From a virus (lineage: Duplodnaviria > Caudoviricetes), in the IMG/VR virus record IMGVR_UViG_3300014208_001391, positions 1 to 33,333 of that record: DNA of 33,333 nucleotides; one strand, given 5' to 3'. Under the pieces are notes generated by a model. The model did not search any database. It saw only the letters and a list, made by a program, of their open reading frames with translations, and had not been told where the DNA came from. How positions within the stretch are numbered: position 1 is the first letter of the stretch; each line of letters opens with the position of its first letter. The position numbers and the translations under genes are program-made. Positions 18,988-26,973 of this stretch are shown one piece after another.

Positions 18988-18988
18988 T

Positions 18989-19204
18989 TTATATTAATTT
19001 CAAATCTTCTTGCCATAAAGTTGGTTGAACGTCGTGCTTTTTAAAGTAAACCGTAGCACAAGGAACTCCATCTTTATCTTTTTTAACATCAACTACAACT
19101 CCTTTTTCTCCAGTGGTAACTTCTTCTATTGGATAAGGATAATCAATCATTTTCCCAATAAATTTCACATTATCACCCGCTTTTATTTTTGTTCTTTTTG
19201 ACAT
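18989..19204 (-). CDS. Small SH3-barrel-like hypothetical protein
   Basis: [27 protein letters not shown] pattern. Confidence 0.65.
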   Translation of the reverse strand: MSKRTKIKAGDNVKFIGKMIDYPYPIEEVTTGEKGVVVDVKKDKDGVPCATVYFKKHDVQPTLWQEDLKLI

Positions 19205-19227
19205 AATTTTTATCTTTCACTAATTTA

Positions 19228-19250
19228 TACGGAAATAGTACAAAAAAGTT
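19228..19250 (-). promoter_or_regulatory. AAC-N16-CGTA promoter
   Basis: tacg at 19228-19231, N16, gtt at 19248-19250. Confidence 0.7.
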
Positions 19251-19255
19251 ATATT

Positions 19256-19282
19256 AAAAAACCCCAGCTTAAACTGAGGTTT
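19256..19282 (-). terminator. Intrinsic terminator overlapping the stop of the 20210 gene
   Basis: Minus strand aacctcag-tttaag-ctggggtt followed by a T run. Confidence 0.6.
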
Positions 19283-20210
19283 CTTTTTTTTCTTCTGACG
19301 CAGAAGGTTGTGTCGGTGGAATATAAACCCTAACTTCTTCTGTCATCGATTTCATTTTTAAATATACTTGCGCTAACGCCACAACATCTTTTTCACAATA
19401 TTTTACTATTTTATTTAAATCTTTTTCTTTGTAAAAAACATTTTTAACATCAGCTCCAGAAATTTCATCTTTTGATGAGGGAACATTGAAAATTTCACAT
19501 AACAAATCTAAAGATGTGGAATTATCAAATACATTATAACTCCAAACAGATTTTGTATCTATTATAACATCATTTAAATCCCAAGACTTTAAATGAGAGA
19601 CATCAAACATCTTCGGTGGTTTAATTTCATTAATAATCATTCTTTTAGAAATAACAGGTAAATCAAAGACAGAAATGTTGTGCCCAACAAGAGCCCAAAA
19701 ATCTTCCCTGTTTTTATCAAATTTTCCAGGAATTTTATTTAAAATTGGTCCAAGTTTTGGATGATTTACAAAATCCAATAAAAGTTTTTTTTCATCTTCA
19801 CCATAAAAAGACAATATTTTAATATTATAAAAACTATCATTTTCATTGTTTTTCCATAAGACACCACAACTTATACACAATATTTTATTCCATTCACAAT
19901 GAATTGGACCTTTTGTATCATATAATTCTTGTGCAATGTCGTTTTTTACATTTTCTATTATTTTTTCAGGAGTTAAAATGTTTTTTTTCTTTTTAGTTGC
20001 TTTTTTTGTTTCTTCACTATCGTTTACATTTTCACTATCAAACACTTTTAAAACTGAAAGTTTATTTTGGATTTGCATTTCAATATCTTTTTTAAATCTG
20101 TTTTTAAAAAGATCTTGTTGATGCTTTGTTAATTCCGAAAACGTTTCTTTTTGCGAAGTTGTTTCTATGTCAATAAATAACAACTTATTTAAAGATTTTT
20201 GATCTAACAT
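19269..20210 (-). CDS. PolB-exonuclease-like 3'-5' exonuclease (stand-alone DEDDy)
   Basis: FIDIET, VGHNISVFDLP, IDTK..W, SLDLL, YCEKDV; Lys-rich insertion near the N-terminus. Confidence 0.88.
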   Translation of the reverse strand: MLDQKSLNKLLFIDIETTSQKETFSELTKHQQDLFKNRFKKDIEMQIQNKLSVLKVFDSENVNDSEETKKATKKKKNILTPEKIIENVKNDIAQELYDTKGPIHCEWNKILCISCGVLWKNNENDSFYNIKILSFYGEDEKKLLLDFVNHPKLGPILNKIPGKFDKNREDFWALVGHNISVFDLPVISKRMIINEIKPPKMFDVSHLKSWDLNDVIIDTKSVWSYNVFDNSTSLDLLCEIFNVPSSKDEISGADVKNVFYKEKDLNKIVKYCEKDVVALAQVYLKMKSMTEEVRVYIPPTQPSASEEKKETSV

Positions 20211-20239
20211 AATAACTAAGGTTTAAATTAATAATTTTA

Positions 20240-20270
20240 CAAAGATACAACTTTTTTTTGATAACTCAAA
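20240..20270 (-). promoter_or_regulatory. Bacteroidota housekeeping-type promoter TTTG-N19-TATCTTTG
   Basis: Plus strand caaagata at 20240-20247 and caaa at 20267-20270. Confidence 0.7.
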
Positions 20271-20363
20271 ATTTTATTGGTTTATTTTTTAAGTTAAAAG
20301 TTACAACAAAAAAGAATTTTGATTTTTAAACTTCTTTTACTATATTTATTAGAAATTAAGATC

Positions 20364-20504
20364 ATGAAAAGAAACAAACCAAAAATAAACATTTGTATTT
20401 CTCCAGAAATTGCAGAAAAATTAGAAAAATATAAAATAAACAAATCTAAGTTAGTTGACTCATTATTAACAGATTATTTTAAAAAAGAAGAAAAGGTGTT
20501 GTGA
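20364..20504 (+). CDS. Small RHH-like protein, cassette 2 ORF A (46 aa)
   Basis: MKRNKPKINICISPEIAEKL...NKSKLVDSLLTDYF; ATATTTAT at 20342. Confidence 0.72.
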   Translation: MKRNKPKINICISPEIAEKLEKYKINKSKLVDSLLTDYFKKEEKVL

Positions 20505-20583
20505 AACATATAAATAAAAATTAAGATTAGTCTTAATTTTATTTTTCTACATATTTATAGTAAACAATTAAATATTATAAATT

Positions 20584-20748
20584 ATGGCACGTAGAAAAAT
20601 TAACCCAGAAAACAAAAAACAACATCTCTCTGTTGTTGTTTCTCCAGAAAATTTTAACAAATTAAAAGATTTAGATTTAAACGAATCTAAATTCATTAAT
20701 TGGCTATTGGAAGAATATTTTTGTAAATTAGAAAGTGGAGGAAAATAA
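20584..20748 (+). CDS. Small RHH-like protein, cassette 2 ORF B (54 aa; not in ORF track)
   Basis: MARRKINPENKKQHLSVVVSPENFNKLKDLDLNESKFINWLLEEYFCKLESGGK. Confidence 0.75.
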   Translation: MARRKINPENKKQHLSVVVSPENFNKLKDLDLNESKFINWLLEEYFCKLESGGK

Positions 20749-20750
20749 TT

Positions 20751-21683
20751 GTGAAAAAATTAACAACAGAAGAATTTATAAGAAAAGCTAAAAAAAAACA
20801 TGGAGAAAAATATGATTATTCTTTAGTAAATTATAAAAAATCATCAGAACCAATTTGTATTACTTGTAAAATACATGGTAAATTTATGCAAACTCCTAAT
20901 GATCACTTAAACGGTTGTGGGTGTAAGTTTTGTGGATACAAATCTATTAAAGAAAAAAATTGTGATTCTTTAAAAAAATTCATAAATAAATCTAATAAAA
21001 TACACAATGGAAAGTATGATTATTCATTAGTAAATTATGAAAACAACCATGTAAAAATAAAAATTATTTGTAATATTCATGGAGTATTTTACCAGGTTCC
21101 AAATAGTCATTTAGTTGGTCGTGGATGCCCAAAATGTGCAGATATAGAAAGAACTATTAAAAATTCTTTTTCTACAAAAGATTTTATAAAAATAGCAGAA
21201 TCAGTTCATGGGAACAAATATGATTATTCACAAGTTGATTATAAAAATGCACTCACAAAGGTTAAAATAATATGTAAAAAACACGGGGAGTTTTTATCTA
21301 CACCCGCTAACCACACCCATAAAACATCACCAACTGGATGCCCATTTTGTAATACTTCAAAGGGAGAATTAAAAATAAAATATTTTTTAGAAGAAAAAAA
21401 CATAAAATACATTCAACAAAAAACTTTTAAAGACTGTAAAATAACAAAATCTCTACCTTTCGATTTCTATTTACCTGATTATAACTTATGCATAGAATAT
21501 GATGGAATACAACATTTTAAACCGATTAAGATATTTGGTGGATTAAAAAAATTAGAATACACACAGAAATCAGACAAAATAAAAACGGAATATTGTAAAT
21601 TAAACAATATTCCATTAATAAGAATTTCGTATAAAGAAAATGTAGAAAAATCTCTAAACAATATTTTTATTTATAACATTTGA
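20751..21683 (+). CDS. Putative homing endonuclease: 3 DUF723-like Zn repeats plus a Vsr/DUF559-like PD-(D/E)xK domain
   Basis: Three copies of FI.KA...HG.KYDYS.V.Y...I.C..HG.F...P..H..G.GC..C; SKGE, LPFDFYLPDYNLCIEYDGIQH, D..K..YC...IPLIRI. Confidence 0.85.
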   Translation: MKKLTTEEFIRKAKKKHGEKYDYSLVNYKKSSEPICITCKIHGKFMQTPNDHLNGCGCKFCGYKSIKEKNCDSLKKFINKSNKIHNGKYDYSLVNYENNHVKIKIICNIHGVFYQVPNSHLVGRGCPKCADIERTIKNSFSTKDFIKIAESVHGNKYDYSQVDYKNALTKVKIICKKHGEFLSTPANHTHKTSPTGCPFCNTSKGELKIKYFLEEKNIKYIQQKTFKDCKITKSLPFDFYLPDYNLCIEYDGIQHFKPIKIFGGLKKLEYTQKSDKIKTEYCKLNNIPLIRISYKENVEKSLNNIFIYNI

Positions 21684-21694
21684 TAGAAAATATT

Positions 21695-22756
21695 TTAAAT
21701 ATGACAATCGTAAAGACTTAACATTGTATCATCAGGAATTTCATCGAGAAGTTTTTTAAATTCAAGATTCCAATCTTTTGGGTCTTTTTCATTTGAAACA
21801 CATGCCCACCATCCCATTTCTCCTTTTTCATACCATTTACCATCTTTTAATACAGCAAATGTGGTAATAGAAGCATGGCGATTAAGATACTGTTCTTTTG
21901 TTTCTGGAATAAAAACATCACGGCTTCCACTTATGTTATATAACCCAAACTCAAAATAAGCTTTATTAGCGGCTTCCTCTGGATTCTTTTTATAAAGATC
22001 ATCAAACTCTTCATATGATTTAATTGCTTTTTCAAGGTTTTCTTCATACATTGCATCAAAATCAATGTGTTTTTTAAGTGCTTGATCTGTAGTCCCAATT
22101 TCTGCACGTTTCGAAGAAACAAGACTTGGGTTTCCAACCACACCTTTAGCACCAGGTTTTAATCTAAAAAATCCAGTCCAGCGCCCACCAAGCTGATACC
22201 AATCCCATTTTGCGTTTTCGTTTGAATAATAACCATACTTTCCTCTTATTTTTTTATATCCATTATATTCTTCAGCATATTTTGCAAGAGTTTTGTATTT
22301 TTTATTTACAGGAATATTTTTTGGATGTGCAATTCTTTCAACTTTCACTTTTCCTTCAAAACAAACATCTGGATCTGGATGTTCTGTTTGAACAATTTCA
22401 ACAACCTTAAGCCAACAAGATTTTTTCATCCTTTCTCTTTTTTCTGGTTGAGTGAAATAGCATCTATAGCATCTACCTTTTGTAAAATAATTACCGAATT
22501 GAATTTTTCCAACAACGTATTCAAACTTATCACCAATCTTTGTTTTAGAAAGTTTTTTATACATATCTTCTGTGATTTCCATTCCCCAACTACTTCCTGA
22601 AGAACAATAAAACTCACTTGTTTTTTTTGTTTTATACTCCTTCTCAAGCTCTTTTGTTTTATCAACAAACTTCATATACTTTTTATCCTGTTCACAATAT
22701 GGAGCAAGTTGCTCTTCTGGATTATCTCCCAAAACTAAAACGGTAAAATGTGACAT
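21695..22756 (-). CDS. Conserved hypothetical phage protein
   Basis: MSHFTVLV start, NAKWDWYQLGGRW, DGKWYEKGEMGWW and a C-terminal DCHI. Confidence 0.8.
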   Translation of the reverse strand: MSHFTVLVLGDNPEEQLAPYCEQDKKYMKFVDKTKELEKEYKTKKTSEFYCSSGSSWGMEITEDMYKKLSKTKIGDKFEYVVGKIQFGNYFTKGRCYRCYFTQPEKRERMKKSCWLKVVEIVQTEHPDPDVCFEGKVKVERIAHPKNIPVNKKYKTLAKYAEEYNGYKKIRGKYGYYSNENAKWDWYQLGGRWTGFFRLKPGAKGVVGNPSLVSSKRAEIGTTDQALKKHIDFDAMYEENLEKAIKSYEEFDDLYKKNPEEAANKAYFEFGLYNISGSRDVFIPETKEQYLNRHASITTFAVLKDGKWYEKGEMGWWACVSNEKDPKDWNLEFKKLLDEIPDDTMLSLYDCHI

Positions 22757-22791
22757 AATTTTTATTTTTAAATTTAAATTTTTCTTATCTA

Positions 22792-22814
22792 TACGAAAAA
22801 AAAGTAATTTAGTT
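22792..22814 (-). promoter_or_regulatory. AAC-N16-CGTA promoter
   Basis: tacg at 22792-22795, N16, gtt at 22812-22814. Confidence 0.7.
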
Positions 22815-23377
22815 TACAAATTACACAAGTTTTTTAATATAATGGCTGTCATTTTTGCATCATCCACACCTCTATGTTGAGTTCCTTCAAATTCAACTCC
22901 CATTTTCTTCAACGCAGTTGAAACACCTGGAGATTGTTTTAATCCATATTTAAAAGCATACCATTCTTTAAGATTAAAATGTGTTCTTCCAAATGGATAT
23001 TTTATTTTTTTTAAAGCGCATTCTTTTTCAAGTGCCACTCTATCATAATCACCCCAGCTAAACCACATTCTTCTATTAGATTGGAAATCGTTTGTCAATA
23101 TTTCACAAGCTTCTTTGAATGAAACTCCATTTTCAGCAACGTATTCAGGAGTAAGAGTTGTTAATTCAGTGCAAAATTTGCTTATCTCAGAATATTCAGG
23201 TTTAACTATAATACTTCTTGAAACAATAGTTTCTTTTGTAAAATAATCAACACAGGCTATTCCAATTTCAATAATTTCTTTGTATTGTCCACTTGGCGGA
23301 TTCCCATACCAGCAGCATGCTTCAAGATCTATAACAAGCGCAAAGCTGTTAATCTTTTCTTTTCTCATTTTTATCAA
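22814..23377 (-). CDS. DEDDh 3'-5' exonuclease (ERI1/KapD-like)
   Basis: VIDLEA.CW, EIIEIG, FCTELT, SWGDYD, FEGTQHRGVDDA. Confidence 0.9.
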   Translation of the reverse strand: MIKMRKEKINSFALVIDLEACCWYGNPPSGQYKEIIEIGIACVDYFTKETIVSRSIIVKPEYSEISKFCTELTTLTPEYVAENGVSFKEACEILTNDFQSNRRMWFSWGDYDRVALEKECALKKIKYPFGRTHFNLKEWYAFKYGLKQSPGVSTALKKMGVEFEGTQHRGVDDAKMTAIILKNLCNL

Positions 23378-23936
23378 TTTTTATATATTTAGGAGGAACC
23401 GCATTTGTTAAATAAACATCATTATCTGTTTTGTAAAACTTATATCCCTCATTATGCATTTGTTTTGCTTCAATTATTAACAACACCGCTTCAACACCCT
23501 TTTCGTGTCTAGAGCCAGTGTTTTTGGCCTTTTCAATGTTTTCTTGTGAATACAAATGAACATGATATCTGTTCATTTTTTTCAACCCATCTTTCATAAT
23601 TGAAGATAAAAACCTATTTGCTGTTCCATGATACAATTTGAAAGGTGGAACTATAGGTTTTAATTGTAAATCAACTTCAACAGAATGACCTTGATTGGCC
23701 ATAATTTTCTTTTCATCTTCACTGAACTTAAACCTTTGTTTATCGGAAGTTTTTACAACTTGTCTCAAATCTTCAATAGTAAACTCTATTTTATCCTGTG
23801 AGTTTTTTATTATTAAATCCACATCTGCCCACCCATTTTTGTCTAATTTAATTCCTATTGATTCTGGATGATGCCTTAACACATAAGATAGATGTTTGCT
23901 AATTTTTGTTATTTTTTCTTTATAAATCGGTGTCAT
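23349..23936 (-). CDS. kptA: NAD-dependent RNA 2'-phosphotransferase (Tpt1/KptA)
   Basis: SKHLSYVLRH, GWA, DKQRF, ANQGHS, LYHGT, GLKKMNR.HVHL. Confidence 0.92.
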   Translation of the reverse strand: MTPIYKEKITKISKHLSYVLRHHPESIGIKLDKNGWADVDLIIKNSQDKIEFTIEDLRQVVKTSDKQRFKFSEDEKKIMANQGHSVEVDLQLKPIVPPFKLYHGTANRFLSSIMKDGLKKMNRYHVHLYSQENIEKAKNTGSRHEKGVEAVLLIIEAKQMHNEGYKFYKTDNDVYLTNAVPPKYIKIDKNEKRKD

Positions 23937-23960
23937 AATAAAATTCTACTTTGATAGTTG

Positions 23961-23992
23961 CAAAAATAAAAAATAAAAATCACATATCCAAA
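23961..23992 (-). promoter_or_regulatory. Bacteroidota housekeeping-type promoter TTTG-N20-TATTTTTG
   Basis: Plus strand caaaaata at 23961-23968 and caaa at 23989-23992. Confidence 0.65.
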
Positions 23993-24055
23993 CTTATTTT
24001 ACATTAAATTTGAATTCCCGTAACATTTTTTATATATTTATGAGAAACAATTATT

Positions 24056-24211
24056 ATGGAAAAAAAAGAAACAAAAAGACTAGAAATAGTCATCACACCT
24101 GAAGTGTCAAAAAAATTAAATGAAGGGAATTACAATAAAAACAAATTGATTATAAACCTTTTAAAAAATTATTTGTTAAAAAATGTTAAAAAAGATAAGG
24201 TTTTGCCTTAA
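24056..24211 (+). CDS. Small RHH-like protein, cassette 3 ORF A (51 aa; not in ORF track)
   Basis: MEKKETKRLEIVITPEVSKKLNEGNYNKNKLIINLLKNYLLKNVKKDKVLP; ATATTTAT at 24034. Confidence 0.72.
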   Translation: MEKKETKRLEIVITPEVSKKLNEGNYNKNKLIINLLKNYLLKNVKKDKVLP

Positions 24212-24259
24212 TTTTATTTTTTTCACCTATTTATAAGAAACAATTAAAACTTATAAATT

Positions 24260-24427
24260 ATGGGACGTAAAAAATTAACACCTGAAGAAAAAAAGCAAGT
24301 CTTAACCATTCATCTTCCAAAAGACCTTTTTGACAAATTTGAAGAATTAAATATTGAAAACAAATCTAAGTTCTTTAACTGGCTGTTGGAAGAGCATTTT
24401 AGCTTAATTGAGAAAAGGAGGGTATAA
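24260..24427 (+). CDS. Small RHH-like protein, cassette 3 ORF B (55 aa; not in ORF track)
   Basis: MGRKKLTPEEKKQVLTIHLPKDLFDKFEELNIENKSKFFNWLLEEHFSLIEKRRV; TAATG coupling to the nuclease. Confidence 0.78.
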   Translation: MGRKKLTPEEKKQVLTIHLPKDLFDKFEELNIENKSKFFNWLLEEHFSLIEKRRV

Positions 24428-25365
24428 TGGCTAAAAGATTAACAACCGAAGATTTCATAAAAAAAGCTAAGGAAATTCATGGAGATAAATACGATTATTC
24501 TTCTACTAATTATGTTAATTGCTACACAAAAGTTAACATCACATGCTTAATTCATGGAGATTTTAAAATTTCACCCGACAATCACATTCATAACAAGCAA
24601 GGTTGTGCAAAATGTTATTATAAAAAAAACAGTGAATTTCACAGTTGGAGTTATGAAGATTTTGTCAAAAAAGCAAAAGAAGTTCATGGGAACACATATG
24701 ATTATTCATTAACTAAATTTAAATCTACAAGAGAAAAAATACAAATTATATGCAAAAAACACGGAGAATTCAATTCGCTTCCATCAGACCACATTCACAA
24801 AAAAAGCGGATGCCCAAAATGTGCTTATAAAAAATGTTCAAACAGATTAAAAAGCACAACAGATGATTTTATTTTAAAAGCAGAAAAAACACACAGAAAT
24901 AGATATGATTATTCGTTAGTTAATTATGTCAATAGCACAACAAAAATAACCATAATATGTCCTGTTCATGGAAAGTTTTTACAAACTCCAGATGCACATT
25001 TAAGTGGAAAAAATTGTCCACACTGTAATCTTTCAAAAGGAGAATTAAAAATAAAAGGAATATTAGAAAGCAACAACATTCAATTTAAACAACAAAAAAC
25101 TTTTAAAGAATGCAAAGATATTAGATTACTTCCATTTGATTTTTATTTACCTGAGTATAATTTGTGCATAGAATATGATGGTGAACAACATTATAAACCA
25201 ATTAAGGTATTTAAAGGAGAATTTGGATTAAAAGAAATTCAAAGAAGAGATTTTATAAAAACAGAATATTGTAAAAACAACAATATTCCATTATTAAGAA
25301 TTTCTTATAATGAAAATATAAAAAATTCTTTATTAAATTATTTAAAAACTTTTAACATTATATAA
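24427..25365 (+). CDS. Putative homing endonuclease: 3 DUF723-like Zn repeats plus a Vsr/DUF559-like domain
   Basis: Paralog of 20751-21683; LPFDFYLPEYNLCIEYDGEQH. Confidence 0.85.
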   Translation: MAKRLTTEDFIKKAKEIHGDKYDYSSTNYVNCYTKVNITCLIHGDFKISPDNHIHNKQGCAKCYYKKNSEFHSWSYEDFVKKAKEVHGNTYDYSLTKFKSTREKIQIICKKHGEFNSLPSDHIHKKSGCPKCAYKKCSNRLKSTTDDFILKAEKTHRNRYDYSLVNYVNSTTKITIICPVHGKFLQTPDAHLSGKNCPHCNLSKGELKIKGILESNNIQFKQQKTFKECKDIRLLPFDFYLPEYNLCIEYDGEQHYKPIKVFKGEFGLKEIQRRDFIKTEYCKNNNIPLLRISYNENIKNSLLNYLKTFNII

Positions 25366-25885
25366 AAGAAGTAAAGCACAATGCAACTAAACATGTACCA
25401 AAATTTTCTTCTGGAATATATGAATTTGTAATAATATTAAAATTATCTAATTTGTAATTTTTGTATGTTTTTTTATGCAAATCATTAATTACAAGACGCA
25501 ATCTTTCTTTCAACTCTGAATCTTCATTATAATTTCCAGAAACCTCGCAAACTAACGAACCAATTTTTTCGCTATTTGCATTTACATCAATTAAATCACC
25601 CAAAATAATTCCACAACTTATGTATTCATTTTTTTTTCCATGAATACAACTCATAATTGTATATAATTCACTTCCAAATGGAATTTCTTGAATTATATTT
25701 TGATTTATTTCTTTTGCTAATTTTGGAATTACCGAAGAATAAGTTTGTATATTAAAATTACAGATGTTTGCATCATATAGTGCCATATGATAACTTCCTG
25801 CATGAATTTCTAGATTTGAGGAACCTTTTCCTGAAGTTATAAAATATTCATGTGGAATTCTGTTTTTTAATAATGTTTTTTTCAT
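25358..25885 (-). CDS. Pyruvoyl-dependent arginine decarboxylase
   Basis: YFITSGKG, ALYDANI.NFNI..YSSVIP (Ser-Ser self-cleavage site), GS.L, and a C-terminal ALCF pattern. Confidence 0.82.
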   Translation of the reverse strand: MKKTLLKNRIPHEYFITSGKGSSNLEIHAGSYHMALYDANICNFNIQTYSSVIPKLAKEINQNIIQEIPFGSELYTIMSCIHGKKNEYISCGIILGDLIDVNANSEKIGSLVCEVSGNYNEDSELKERLRLVINDLHKKTYKNYKLDNFNIITNSYIPEENFGTCLVALCFTSFI

Positions 25886-25930
25886 CTTTAATGCATATAT
25901 TTAAGGTGGTTTTGACATAAATATAATTAA

Positions 25931-25977
25931 AAAACAAAAGAGCCAAATCTTTGTAAAAAATTTGGCTCTTTTGTTTT
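25931..25977. terminator. 18-bp perfect inverted repeat, terminator downstream of the DHS-like gene
   Basis: aaaacaaaagagccaaat ... atttggctcttttgtttt. Confidence 0.75.
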
Positions 25978-25988
25978 ATTTTTTTCTT

Positions 25989-26960
25989 TTATAAGTCAAG
26001 CAAATATGCAAAAATCAATGGAACAACAATAGTCGCATCAGATTCTATCCAATATTTTGGAGTATCAATATTCAACTTACCCCATGTAATTTTCTCAGAA
26101 ACATTACAATTCGAAAATCCGCCAAAACTGGTATGTCCATCTGTAATTTGACAAAAATAATTCCAAGTGGGAATGTTTTTTAATTGTAAATCTTGTGTTA
26201 ACATTGGTACGAGGCATTGCACAAAATCCGCAGCTTGCCCTCCTCCAATTTGAAAAAATCCAATTCCTTGTCCTTTACAATTCTTCGGATACCAGTCTGC
26301 GAGAAACATCATATATTCCATTCCTGTTTTAAGAATAGATATGCCTATTTCGCCTCTTATACAGGCAGCTGCAAACATATTTCCAATCGTAGAATCTTCC
26401 CATCCAGATACAATAATTGGTAGATTTTTTTCTGCCGCAGCAACAACCCATGAATTTTTTGGGTCAATTTGATAATATTGAGATAAAACTCCGTCGTTAA
26501 TAAGTTTATAGAAATATTCATGAGGAAATTTTTTTATTCCACTTGCTTCATCATTTTTCCAAAGTTCCAACATATGCGACTCAATTCTTCTAAAGGCTTC
26601 TTCTTCGGGCACCGCTACGTCTGTGATACGATTCATATGTCTATCAAACAGTGATTTATCGTCCTCTGGAGTTAAATCTCTCCAATTAGGAATTCTCTCA
26701 TAAAAATCATGAGCTACTAAATTAAAAATATCTTCCTCAAGGTTTGCTCCGCTGCTGGAAATAGCATGCACTTTATCTTGTCTAATCATCTCTGCAAGAG
26801 TTTTTCCTATTTCAGCAGTACTCATTGCACCAGCAAGAGAAATTAACATTTTACCACCATCTTCAAGATGTTTTTCGTAACCTGCAGCTGCATCTACCAA
26901 TGCTGCTGCATTAAAATGTAGAAAATTGTTTTCTAAAAAAGCCTTTATTTGTCCGTGCAT
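25989..26960 (-). CDS. Deoxyhypusine synthase-like protein (bacterial DHS/SpeY family)
   Basis: HFNAA, SLAGAMSTAE, GANLEED, EDSTIG, IGGG, GGFS, EKITWGK (catalytic Lys), SDATIV.PL. Confidence 0.92.
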   Translation of the reverse strand: MHGQIKAFLENNFLHFNAAALVDAAAGYEKHLEDGGKMLISLAGAMSTAEIGKTLAEMIRQDKVHAISSSGANLEEDIFNLVAHDFYERIPNWRDLTPEDDKSLFDRHMNRITDVAVPEEEAFRRIESHMLELWKNDEASGIKKFPHEYFYKLINDGVLSQYYQIDPKNSWVVAAAEKNLPIIVSGWEDSTIGNMFAAACIRGEIGISILKTGMEYMMFLADWYPKNCKGQGIGFFQIGGGQAADFVQCLVPMLTQDLQLKNIPTWNYFCQITDGHTSFGGFSNCNVSEKITWGKLNIDTPKYWIESDATIVVPLIFAYLLDL

Positions 26961-26973
26961 ACTTTTGATTTTA

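Noticed and set aside
3273-25365. Endonucleases as intron- or intein-encoded
   Set aside because: They are free-standing, antisense to intact flanking genes, with no split host gene or splice motifs.
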